Source: Limisphaerales bacterium
Lineage (GTDB): Bacteria > Verrucomicrobiota > Verrucomicrobiia > Limisphaerales > AAA164-E04
NCBI GenBank assembly: GCA_965221075.1
Contig: OZ244865.1
Coordinates: forward strand, 33,123 to 97,122
Direction: 5' to 3'
Length of the DNA stretch: 64,000 nt
Below the pieces are notes generated by a model, which saw only the letters and a list, made by a program, of their open reading frames with translations, did no database searches and was not told where the DNA came from. The translations under genes were made by a program, and so were the position numbers. Shown here one piece after another: positions 8,612 through 16,573 of this stretch (its first letter is position 1; every line of letters begins with the position of its first letter).

Positions 8612-9950
8612 CTAGCGGCGCTTCTCGGCCGCCCTTTCCGCCGCCAGGGCCGCCTCCCACTGGACGAGGGCCTGGGCTAGCCTGCGCCGGGGGTCGGGTC
8701 TCTCCGCCTCCGGCCGGGGCCGGTCGATCAGCCAGGCGCGCAGGCTGGGGATGGGACAGGCCAGCCTGTCTGCGTCGAAGGGCTGCATGGCTCCCTTCTG
8801 GATCAGATGCCCAAGGAACTGCCTGGCGGTCATGCCTTCCGGAAGTTCCCATCCTGCGCCTCGGTCGGCTTTGGCATTCCCCTTGATGGCTCCCAGCACT
8901 TCGCTGCGGTCAAGGCCTCCGTCGGCCGGCAGGTCCTTCATGACCGCCGCCACCAGCTGCTTGGCCTCTTTCATTTCGTCGCTCTGGCGGGCTTCATAGC
9001 TCTCGTTCCGGTATTCGCTTGCGCGCTTCATCATGGCTTCGACCTCGATGTGCTGGAGTTCGCCCTTGGCCTGGCCGATCGCCCAGAAGAGGGCGGCCGC
9101 CTCGGTCCGGACATGCTGGGGCCATCCCTCGGAGCGCTCCACGATCCAGCCGGACAGGCAGTCCAGCACGTAGCCGGCTCCTAGGTCGATGCGGCAGTTG
9201 AGCAGCATCTGCTTCACACAGGAGCGCACCTCCTCGCCGGCCAGGGCGCCCAGGGTGCGGACGTTGCCGGTTTGCAGGCGGCTGAGGCCGGCCTCGGCTA
9301 GGGCGGCGGTGGAATTGGCCAGGCCCGCGTAGATGGGGACGATGGGGAGGCCGTGCTCCCCGAGGTGGAGGTCCGTCAGGACTTTTTCGTGGATCTTCCC
9401 GACGTTCTGGATCTCGTCCACCAGGACGCAGAGGGGCTGCTTCCAGTTCCGAGGGAGCAGGACTTCCTTCAGGATGGAGAAGGAGGCGGCTTCCGGGTCG
9501 GTCGAACGGGTGGTAGACCCTTCCGCGCCGACGGCTCCAAGGCCTATCCTGGCTCCGGTGTTGGTGACGGCCTTCTGGCGATAGTCCTTCGCCTTGGAGG
9601 GAGCGATCTTCCTGATGATCTCGAGCGCCGCCAGCCCCGGGTCCTCGAGGGCGGTCTGGCGCATTCTCAGGACATGAGGCCGATCGGGCTTCCCGTCCCA
9701 TTCCTTCGCCAGGTGCGATAGGACGGCGGTCTTGCCGGCCCCGGGGGCTTCCCTGGAGGACGATGGTGAGCCCAGCGGCGGGAGTATTGTCCCTAGAGCT
9801 CAGGAGCGCATCCTGGCAGTTGGCCTCGATCAGCTCGAGGATGTCCTGGCGGCCGACGAAGGCGGGGGCGGCAGTCCTGTCGAGGGGCCGGCTGTACCTC
9901 CCCAGCAGTCCCCGGTCGTACTGTTCGAGGCGCTTCACGGCTGCAGGCAT
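8612..9950 (-). pseudogene. AAA+ ATPase paralog, copy 3 (1-nt insertion inside the Walker A codons; premature TAG)
   Basis: ATG 9950 (MPAAVKRLEQYDRGLLGRYSRPLDR..FVGRQDILELI). At ~9746-9754 the sequence gggggcttccctgg replaces gggggcgccttgg of copy 2, so the frame reads GLTIVLQGSPRGRQDR instead of GAPGAGKT. The rest continues in the frame of ORF 8612..9664. TAG at 8612 replaces the CAG of copy 2. Confidence 0.8.
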
Positions 9951-10297
9951 CCTGCCATCGGTGGCGTCGTTCCACAAGGAAGGCCGGAGGCTGAACCTGT
10001 CGATGAGTTGATCGCGGCAGACGGGTCAGGGCGGGCCGGCAGGGCCAGCTTGGAGAGCAGCCGCCCCGCTCCAGCCTTCCTGGGGATGGCGAAAAGGAGC
10101 CCGCTCCTTCGTCCTCTTGCCACGAGAGATCGCTCCGTCTGTGCGATCCCCGGCTCAAGCAATTTGAGCATGGACTTGCTGGCAAGCTCGATGCCGAAGC
10201 GGCAGGCTTCCTCCTCTGTTCGAGGATCCCTGCCATACGCCAGTTCATGGCATTCTTTGCACCGGCTATCCCGGAGCTCGTCCATGGACTCTGCCAT
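9935..10297 (-). pseudogene. Thioredoxin-fold (TlpA-like) remnant upstream of ATPase copy 3
   Basis: MAESMDELRDSRCKECHELA..FGIELASKS..MLKLLEPG..ERSLVARGRRSGLLFAIPRKAGAGRLLSK aligns by eye with FWATWCPPCVAEI..FVGVSLDRG..VQKFYQDK..ENEIVKKYGGIRVIPTTFVIGKDGLVKSK of the gene at 11162..11680. It keeps a CxxC (CKEC) but lacks an N-terminus and signal peptide. Similarity is weak. Confidence 0.4.
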
Positions 10298-11161
10298 TCT
10301 CTTCCGCTCGATGCCTGTCGGACCGAAGCAATCCGGCCGGCGCTCCAGCCATCCAGGAGGGCATTTCCTCTATTTCCCGCATTACTGGCAGATTCTCTCC
10401 AGGACAAACAGCCGCGCTCGCGACGGACCGGACGGGAACTGGACCATCGCTCCCATTCCATGCCGATCAGGCGCAAGCCGCCGATGCTCCGGCGCCCGCC
10501 GGGGAGACCGGCCCGAAGGAGATCAGCGAGCCCCGTCCCAAGCAGGGGCGGATGCCGTACGGATCCGCCGGATCGGCACCATCCTCCCTGCCGAAACCGC
10601 CAGGAACCATTCCCGGATCCGGCCGGTTCCTTCAAGTTTCTGGAAAGGAGGCGATCCTCTCATGCCTCGGTGGCCAACGGCAGGAGGGGAAGCGGACAAG
10701 GGGAAAGCGCAGCGAAGACCGGCACGAGGCGCTCCGGGGGGCCGCCACCGCAGCCTTCGGCCGGCTCCCGAGCGCGCCGCCGCGCCGGGGCCGGCAGCCG
10801 CGAGGAGGACTCCCGGCGAGTAAGCCGCTGGCTGAAGCGGTCCTACAGCCAGAGGCTTGCTCCCGGCACTGGAGGCGGACCAGGAGCCGAGGCTGGCGGC
10901 AGCAAGGGCGGCAATCGCGCTTGCCAGGCCAGCCGCCCTGCTCGGCCTTGAACGGACAGCGGCGGATCCAGGACGCCCCGAGCCAGGGAGGCCCAAGGGA
11001 GCCTGCGCCGATGACTGGAGGGAGAGTCCTATCCCGGGCCGGGAAGACCGCGCCGTCCCGAGAGCGCCGGGGGAGGGCGGCCCATGGCCGTGGTAGGTCG
11101 AAGGGAGGATTCCCGGCCCGGACGATCCGCGTTGGGGAGCGGATCCGGAGGCAGGCCCGCC

Positions 11162-11680
11162 CTACAGCAGGGGCTTGATGCGGGCCAGCAGCTTGACGCG
11201 GCTGAGCATGCCCACGTCCTTGGACTTCACCAGCCCGTCCTTGCCGATCACGAAGGTGGTGGGGATGACCCTGATGCCTCCGTACTTCTTGACGATCTCG
11301 TTCTCCTCGTCCCCCATGACCACCAGGTAGTTCATCTTCTTGTCCTGGTAGAACTTCTGCACCTTCTCAACATTGCCGTTGCCCCGGTCCAGGGAGACGC
11401 CGACGAAGACCACGTCCTGCTCCTCGTACTCCTTTTGGACCTTGATGAAGTCGGGAATCTCGGCCACGCAGGGAGGGCACCAGGTGGCCCAGAAGTTGAG
11501 CACCACCACCTTGTCCTTGAACTTCCCGGACATGACCTTCTCCCCCTTCAGGTCGTTGAGCTCCCAGGCCGGGGCCTTGTCTCCCACCTCGACGGCTCCT
11601 AGGGGAACGGCGAAGGCTGCGAGGAAGACCCCAAGAAGCACGAGCGGATTGCGGACGTTCAGGCTGTTCATGGCTGGCAT
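11162..11680 (-). CDS. Secreted TlpA/ResA-like thiol-disulfide oxidoreductase (WCPPC)
   Basis: ATG 11680 (alternative 11671). Signal-like MPAMNSLNVRNPLVLLGVFLAAFAVPLGA. VGDKAPAWELNDLKGEKV..KDKVVVLNFWATWCPPCVAEIP..VVFVGVSLD..IPTTFVIGKDG. Confidence 0.8.
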   Translation of the reverse strand: MPAMNSLNVRNPLVLLGVFLAAFAVPLGAVEVGDKAPAWELNDLKGEKVMSGKFKDKVVVLNFWATWCPPCVAEIPDFIKVQKEYEEQDVVFVGVSLDRGNGNVEKVQKFYQDKKMNYLVVMGDEENEIVKKYGGIRVIPTTFVIGKDGLVKSKDVGMLSRVKLLARIKPLL

Positions 11681-11791
11681 ATGCTTGCGGACGCGCCTCG
11701 CCGCGCCAGCGGCGGAGGCTGCTTCCATCCTCCCTGCGTGTCGGAAGCTACGGGGCGCTTCCGGGGATGTAAAGGGCTTAGCGGAGAAAGC

Positions 11792-12024
11792 TCAGGCCAG
11801 CGCGCCGCCGCAGCTGCTGCCGGCCCCGGCGGAGCAGGCCAGGCAGTGGTCGCCCGTGGCGATGGGGCGCCCCTCCAGATGCTCCGGGACGGCCTCCCAG
11901 AGATAGGCGGCCTCGGGCTGCCCGCCGAGCTTCAGGCCCAGCATCTGGTTGAAGTCGTAGTCGTAGAGGCGCCCCTTCCAGTCCACGCTCAGGGTGTCCC
12001 GGCACATCAGGCCGATAGAACCGC
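11792..12024 (-). pseudogene. arsS-like radical SAM gene, 3' fragment only
   Basis: Encodes ..LMCRDTLSVDWKGRLYDYDFNQMLGLKLGGQPEAAYLWEAVPEHLEGRPIATGDHCLACSAGAGSSCGGALA, matching the C-terminus of the intact gene at 21779..22726. Upstream of 12024 the sequence switches to the IS21 istA interior. Confidence 0.85.
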
Positions 12025-12468
12025 AGCCACAGAAGCCGCGAGAATCCGAGCACCACCACCAGTGCATGGCGGCGTCCCCATGCCATCCCGAACGACGCGA
12101 AGTCCACCTTGCCCTGCCTTCCCGGCGGCGTTTCGAAGCGGAGCGCTTCCTCGGCCTTCTCCCGGGGTCTGATCTCCCGCACATGGTCACGAACACGGCC
12201 GTACCCGCCCTGGTATCCTGCCTTCCGGATCTCGCCGTACAGACGCCTTGCGCTCAGCTTTGGGTACTCCGCCAATCGAGCCTCGATTATCCCCTTGTAG
12301 GCGTCCAGCTTGTGCGTCTTCGGCTGCCTCGGTCCGTACTCTGCCTTCGCCTCCAGGCCCTGGCCCAGCTTGCCGCCTTCGATCCATCGGTGGATCGTCC
12401 TTCTGTCGACTCCCAGCTGCCGTGCCATCGCCGACTTCGTCATTCCCTGCTCCAGGCACTCTTTTGCC
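12025..12468 (-). mobile_element. IS21-family fragment, part 1 (istA codons ~1-130), interrupted by the IS4-like element
   Basis: Encodes MTKSAMARQLGVDRRTIHRWIEGGKLG..RKAGYQGGYGRVRDHVREI..VDFASFGMAWGRRHALVVVLGFSRLLWLRF, about 90 percent identical to the istA at 19208..20241. It is truncated at 12025 and split at 12468. Confidence 0.8.
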
Positions 12469-14561
12469 AGGTGCTCCCACTAGGGATTCCATGACGGGCC
12501 TGTGCTCGTCGGTTCCATCCAATCAGCGGAAATGAGAGGGATCGAGGTGGTTCCTCCGGTGAAAAACGGGCTTCAGCGGCGAGATCGGCGTCCCTGGGAG
12601 CCCCTTTTCTCGATCCAAATAAACGATGGGCACACCTATCCCGTTCCGGGCCTTTCATATTGAATGAAATGTCCGGAATTCCCAAGACACGGGCCGATGT
12701 CGAAGACATTCAGTCCATTGCTTCCATGATCAGCTTGAATTGCACGGCTTTAGCAAGTGCTTTGCCGCCACCACATCGAGACCACGGATAATGCAATTGT
12801 ACAGAGTTTCCCAGTCGTCATGGACGAACCAGTCGAATAGTCCGCGCACTTTCGATCGCAATTTAATCATTCTTTCCGTTTTCTTCAGCGCCTGGTCGAA
12901 CAGCTGGCAGCATCTCAGCTCCACTTGATCTACCAGAAATGCAAGCATCATCAGGATCCCAAGATTTGTGGACAGATGCTTCTTGCCATGGCCATAGCTG
13001 TGATCGAAATTGTATCCGTGGTTCTTGAGAGTGTTGAAGGTCTCGTTCTCGATCCTCCAGCGTGCACGCCCAGCACGCATGATCTTCACCAGAGTATCCT
13101 TGTTGACTGGCAGGTCCGTGACCCAGCAGAAATGCGTTGTCTTTCCCTTGTCGTCCGTCTCCCAGAATTCCAGAACGTTCACCTTGATTTCCGGGTTCGA
13201 GGCATTCAGCGAAGCGTTTTCGAGATATCTGTACTTGCGCGTGCCTTGTTCTCCATGCTCCGTCTCGAAACACTCCACATCGGGATTCGTTTCAAGCTGT
13301 TCATATAGCCATTTGTGATCGCCGCTTCTGGCGGTGATCACATACTTCATCCCGTGCTCTTCGAGATACTTGATGAATGGGGCATTGGAATAGAGGCCAT
13401 CGAGCACCAGAATGATCTTCATGTGAGGATGTTTTCTGCGGATGTCCTCCACCATCCTGCGGGCAGCGTTCAGTTCGCAGTCGTTCTTCGCCTGCCCAGC
13501 GTTCCTCTTGACCGGTACTGGAGGAAAGGGAAGCACAGCCTTGTGGTCCGGATGCAGGATCACGGCTCCCAACAGCTGGTGGTAGTAGGAGATCGTTCCG
13601 TCCCTGCGATGCTTCTCGCAGCAGTCTTCGCAGCGGATCTTGTCCGAATGGAACCATCCTGTTCCGTCGATGCCGATCAACAGGTAGCCTCCAATGTACT
13701 TGTACTCGTCGAGAACCTTGCCGCGTTGTAGCTGGGCCAGGATCGAGTGGAATGGTGCGGCCAGCATTTCCGGATCCACTAGATCGATGACTTTGCGAAT
13801 CGCCGTGTCGCAAGGAACCTTCACGACCTTGAACAGGTTGATCAGGTTTTGCTTGATGGTCTTCTCGTTGTGAGCCGCCTGGTCGAACTGCAGCAGCGAG
13901 GGGTATTTCAGCGAAAACATCGCAAATGCCGACATGAGATAGTCGGATAGAGAGTATTTCCGCCCTTTGACAGGGCTTTTGATCCGGTCAAAGCATTCCC
14001 GTATCAAGGAAATCAACCCTGGCTTGCCGAGCGTCTTTCGAAAAGCTGCCATTTCAGTCCTGAAATTCGACCGTGGAAAGGCCAGGGCTTGAACATCCGG
14101 CCCTCAGTTGCGTGCTTGGATACGCCACCTGGCCTTGCAGCCAGGTCCTACGGTACAACTTCTCGAATGGTCTACGACTCGTCTACCCTGCCACACTCTC
14201 GGCTGGAATCAAGTTTTTACGATCTCGAAGCCACGATGCGTCGAACATCATGCCACATGATCCCGCATGCGTCATTTTGCCACACCCTCTTCCTGCTGCC
14301 AGAACATGGAGGCAACTGGCGATGAAATGGTCCGTTTCCCACCCCACACCCAGCGTTCGACGACCATTCCTCCAGGCGATGGGACCGGATAGTGGCTGGA
14401 ATGGGCGAGAAACACGTTGGGGGGCTGCCCTGTTCCGGCAAACCGGAGCAGGGAGTCCTCCTACGGGCGCATTGGCCTCCCGAGCGTATCCCGAGTCCGC
14501 GAATGGGCTTTCGAGAATGTCGCGAAAACAAAGGGCTTTTGTGCTCTAGTGGGAACTGCTG
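12469..14561 (-). mobile_element. Complete IS4-like insertion sequence nested in IS21
   Basis: Imperfect terminal inverted repeats: aggtgctcccactaggg.. at 12469 and ..ctctagtgggaactgct(g) at 14561. Flanked by a 10-bp direct repeat ctcttttgcc (12459-12468 and 14562-14571). The intact IS21 copy has this site once (ctctttcgcc near 20207). GC is visibly lower than the surroundings. Confidence 0.75.
12730..14052 (-). CDS. DDE transposase, IS4-like
   Basis: 440-aa intact ORF: ..GGYLLIGIDGTGWFHS..KIILVLDGLYSNAPFIKYLEE..RARWRIENETFNTLKNHGYNFDHSYGHGKKHLS. These are D, D and the YREK-like RW.IEN block typical of IS4-type enzymes. The exact family is not resolved. Confidence 0.8.
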   Translation of the reverse strand: MAAFRKTLGKPGLISLIRECFDRIKSPVKGRKYSLSDYLMSAFAMFSLKYPSLLQFDQAAHNEKTIKQNLINLFKVVKVPCDTAIRKVIDLVDPEMLAAPFHSILAQLQRGKVLDEYKYIGGYLLIGIDGTGWFHSDKIRCEDCCEKHRRDGTISYYHQLLGAVILHPDHKAVLPFPPVPVKRNAGQAKNDCELNAARRMVEDIRRKHPHMKIILVLDGLYSNAPFIKYLEEHGMKYVITARSGDHKWLYEQLETNPDVECFETEHGEQGTRKYRYLENASLNASNPEIKVNVLEFWETDDKGKTTHFCWVTDLPVNKDTLVKIMRAGRARWRIENETFNTLKNHGYNFDHSYGHGKKHLSTNLGILMMLAFLVDQVELRCCQLFDQALKKTERMIKLRSKVRGLFDWFVHDDWETLYNCIIRGLDVVAAKHLLKPCNSS

Positions 14562-14571
14562 CTCTTTTGCC

Positions 14572-14719
14572 TTCAATCTCGTCTCCTTCCCGTGCATCGC
14601 TTCCTCTCTCCTTCCCGGCCCCAACGCCTCGGGAATGGAGAGTTCCGAACCTCTCCGCAACCCGAAATTGGGGCCATTTTCAGTTGACAGAAGTGCGACA
14701 TTTTCAATTGTCCCCAACA
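14572..14719 (-). mobile_element. IS21-family fragment, part 2 (left terminal region)
   Basis: ttcaatctcgtctccttcccgtgcatcgc...gaaattggggccattttcagttgacagaagtgcgacattttcaattgtccccaaca matches 20216..20363 of the complete copy. It ends with the same terminus TGTTGGGGACAATTGAAAATG (reverse complement). Confidence 0.8.
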
Positions 14720-15241
14720 TCCCGAGGATGTGGCCGCTCAGGCCCAGTATGGGCCGATCCTCTGCGGACATATCGTTGCGCTTCATGTAGTGATCCAGAT
14801 CCCCATCAACAAGATCATCGAGGTGATGAACTACTTCTTCAATGTCAAGCTGTCGGAGGGGACCGTGGTGAGGGTTTGCAGGAAGAAGGCGGAACTGCTG
14901 AAGAAAGTCGTCGATGTTCTCGAGAGGAAGATCTGCAAGGAGAGCAGGATCAAGCATCTCGACGAGACGGGATGTCCAGTTTCAGGAAAGCTGCACTGGC
15001 TCCATGTAGCATCGACTGGAAAGCTGACATGCTTCCGGGTCAGAAGGACGCGTGGCGAAGTGTTCGACAACCTGCGTGGAATAGTGGTTCACGATCATTT
15101 CTCCTCCTACTACAAGATCGAGGAGATCGAGCATGTAGTATGCAATGCCCATCACCTTCGGGAGCTCTATTCCATCATTGAGAACAATCCCGAGGAAGTC
15201 TGGGCAGATCAGCTAGTAAAGCTTCTGCTGGAGGCGCTGGT
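14720..15241 (+). pseudogene. IS66-family transposase fragment
   Basis: ..GPILCGHIVALHVV..IKHLDETGCPVSGKLHWLHVASTGKLTCFRV..RGIVVHDHFSSYYKIEEIEHVVCNAHHLREL.. shows the IS66-type DDE core. It is truncated on the left by the IS21 end (14719) and on the right by the MITE-like unit (15242). Confidence 0.7.
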
Positions 15242-15691
15242 GTTATTTGCGGCGATTATCCTGACAGTTTTTCCCAGATTGCTCCGGGCTGACATCCAAT
15301 CGAGGGGGAGCCATTGGCCTTGCAGGAGGCGATAGGCGCTTGCTGCCTGAGGAGAAGACTTCCTGGAAGGGAGAAGCTGCCTGATCCCGCTGGTGTGAGC
15401 GGCAGCCGATGGAGCAGCTCTACTTTCCGGGTACGTCATTCCAGTCATAGGCCCGACACAGGCCTCGGGCGTCGCGTCGGACGGCCGGATTGTCCCTGCA
15501 TGAGGCGGAAGACGTAGCAGTTTTCGCACTGGTCGCCATCGAAGACGCAGAGGATCCGCTTCAGGTTCCAGCTCCAAACCGTTCTGGGATGCGGAAGGAG
15601 GTTCCCGAGGTGGAGACGAAGATGGTGTCGCTTGCTGGGGGACAGTCGAAAAAAGATCTCCCGATTCACCGGAATATCTACGCAAATAACA
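15242..15691 (+). mobile_element. MITE-like ~450-bp unit with terminal inverted repeats, copy A
   Basis: Bounded by TGTTATTTGCGGCGATTATCC.. and ..GGAATATCTACGCAAATAACA (about 15 of 20 positions inverted-repeat). The whole unit recurs, inverted, at 43507..43950. Confidence 0.6.
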
Positions 15692-16041
15692 AAAGTGCCG
15701 CCAATATCGATCTGTGCGAAGAGGAGGGCATCGTGCCCTATATCGCCCAGAGGAGGGAGAAGCATCAAGAACCACTGGAGAAGCGGCTGGAACCGCCGCC
15801 GGAATGTCCCGGGAACGCCAGTGAGGTGGAACGGGCGCGTCACCGGCTCAAGACTCCGGAAGGCAAGGCAGTGTACTCGAAGCGGAAGTTCACGGTGGAA
15901 ACGGTGTTCGGCAACATCAAGGAGGCGCTCGGCTTCCGACGGTTCCACCTGCGAGGCAAGCAATCTGTCCAAGGAGAGTGGACCCTGGTGAGCCTGGCTT
16001 GGAATCTGAAGCGAATGCATTCGCTGACCAACGCAGCATGA
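15692..16041 (+). pseudogene. IS1182/IS5-like DDE transposase, C-terminal fragment
   Basis: ..SAANIDLCEEEGIVPYIAQRREKH..YSKRKFTVETVFGNIKEALGFRRFHLRGKQSVQGEWTLVSLAWNLKRM has a C-terminal signature common to IS1182/IS5-type transposases. There is no N-terminal two-thirds. Confidence 0.6.
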
Positions 16042-16066
16042 GGGGGAGGGACCGGGATCCCCTCTC

Positions 16067-16423
16067 TCATGGGGGCAGGCGCTTCCTGTGAGGGGCCGAT
16101 CCAGTCCCCATTTCACAACCCCACGCGATTATCCCGTCGATCGAGTCGCCTGAAGAGCCTCGAGAGCATGCTTGCCGGTCGGCAAGCACCCTGCAGACGA
16201 GTTGTTCAGGAACGCGATCCCGTTTTCCGACAGGCTCCTGGGCAGTTTTTCGTTTTCGCCTTCGTTTCTCCAGCAGGATCCTCTCCCTTTCCCTGCCGAA
16301 CAGGATCGCGCCGATCCGGTTCAGATTGGCCGCAAGAATCCCAAGCTTCACTGTGCGTTCGAATCCCTGCCTGTTTCTGTTGAGGACCCGGTCCAGGCCG
16401 CGCTGCTGCTCTCCCCGAAAGCA
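16067..16423 (-). pseudogene. Possible further DDE transposase C-terminal remnant
   Basis: The minus-strand frame reads ..RRIDALI*CFRGEQQRGLDRVLNRNRQGFERTVKLGILAANLNRIGAIL. This follows the pattern G-L-x-R..R-G...V...LAA-NL-x-R seen at IS5/IS1182-type transposase C-termini. It is preceded by a stop. Confidence 0.3.
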
Positions 16424-16573
16424 TCAGATGAGCGCATCGATTCGCCTGGCCGACTGACAAGCGAACTTACTTCATTGCTAGTTCGATCATTCGCATCTCT
16501 TCATGAGCCCACCGAGGGTGCAGGCTCACGGATTCAGGACATATGTTTCTGATACAAACCTGGTGGCATGAAA

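Larger units (their letters stand above)
6600..9985 (-). repeat. Head-to-tail tandem array of the ATPase unit, period ~1451 bp (2 full units plus 1 truncated)
   Basis: Start codons at 7047, 8498 and 9950 (spacing 1451 and 1452 nt). The unit runs from ~30 nt upstream of the ATG (cttgtggaacgacgccaccgatggcagg) to ~35 nt past the stop. Confidence 0.85.
10372..12024. repeat. Segmental duplication, copy A (matches 20364..22001)
   Basis: Near-identical nucleotide sequence from (a)tttcccgcattactggca.. through the TlpA-like gene to the arsS interior (..ggcacatcaggccg). There are a few substitutions and small indels, e.g. ~13 extra nt near 11090. Confidence 0.9.

Noticed and set aside
8499-8852. N-terminal 118-codon extension of ATPase copy 2 (the 579-aa ORF in the track), and similar extensions of copies 1, 4 and 5
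   Set aside because: The extension reads through the inter-copy spacer and the 3' end of copy 3 in another frame (Gly/Pro/Arg-rich). All paralogs align from the conserved MPTA(V/M)KR..EQYD start.
6600-9985. Regular ~1.45 kb repeats as a possible CRISPR-like or DGR-type array
   Set aside because: The units are whole protein-coding genes, not short repeat-spacer units. No reverse transcriptase, template repeat or cas gene is present in the window.
10372-11161. ORFs in the duplicated spacer (e.g. 10523..10996(-), 10247..10951(+), and their twins at 20348..21004 and 20279..20959) as possible hidden genes
   Set aside because: The translations are Ala/Arg/Gly/Pro-rich without motifs. The substitutions and indels between the two copies do not respect any reading frame. 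I also could not align the region to the N-terminal module of the TlpA-fusion protein.
16355-16385. T-loop-like GTTCGAATCC motif suggesting a second tRNA
   Set aside because: There is no complementary T-stem, acceptor stem or anticodon arm around it. It lies inside a transposase remnant.
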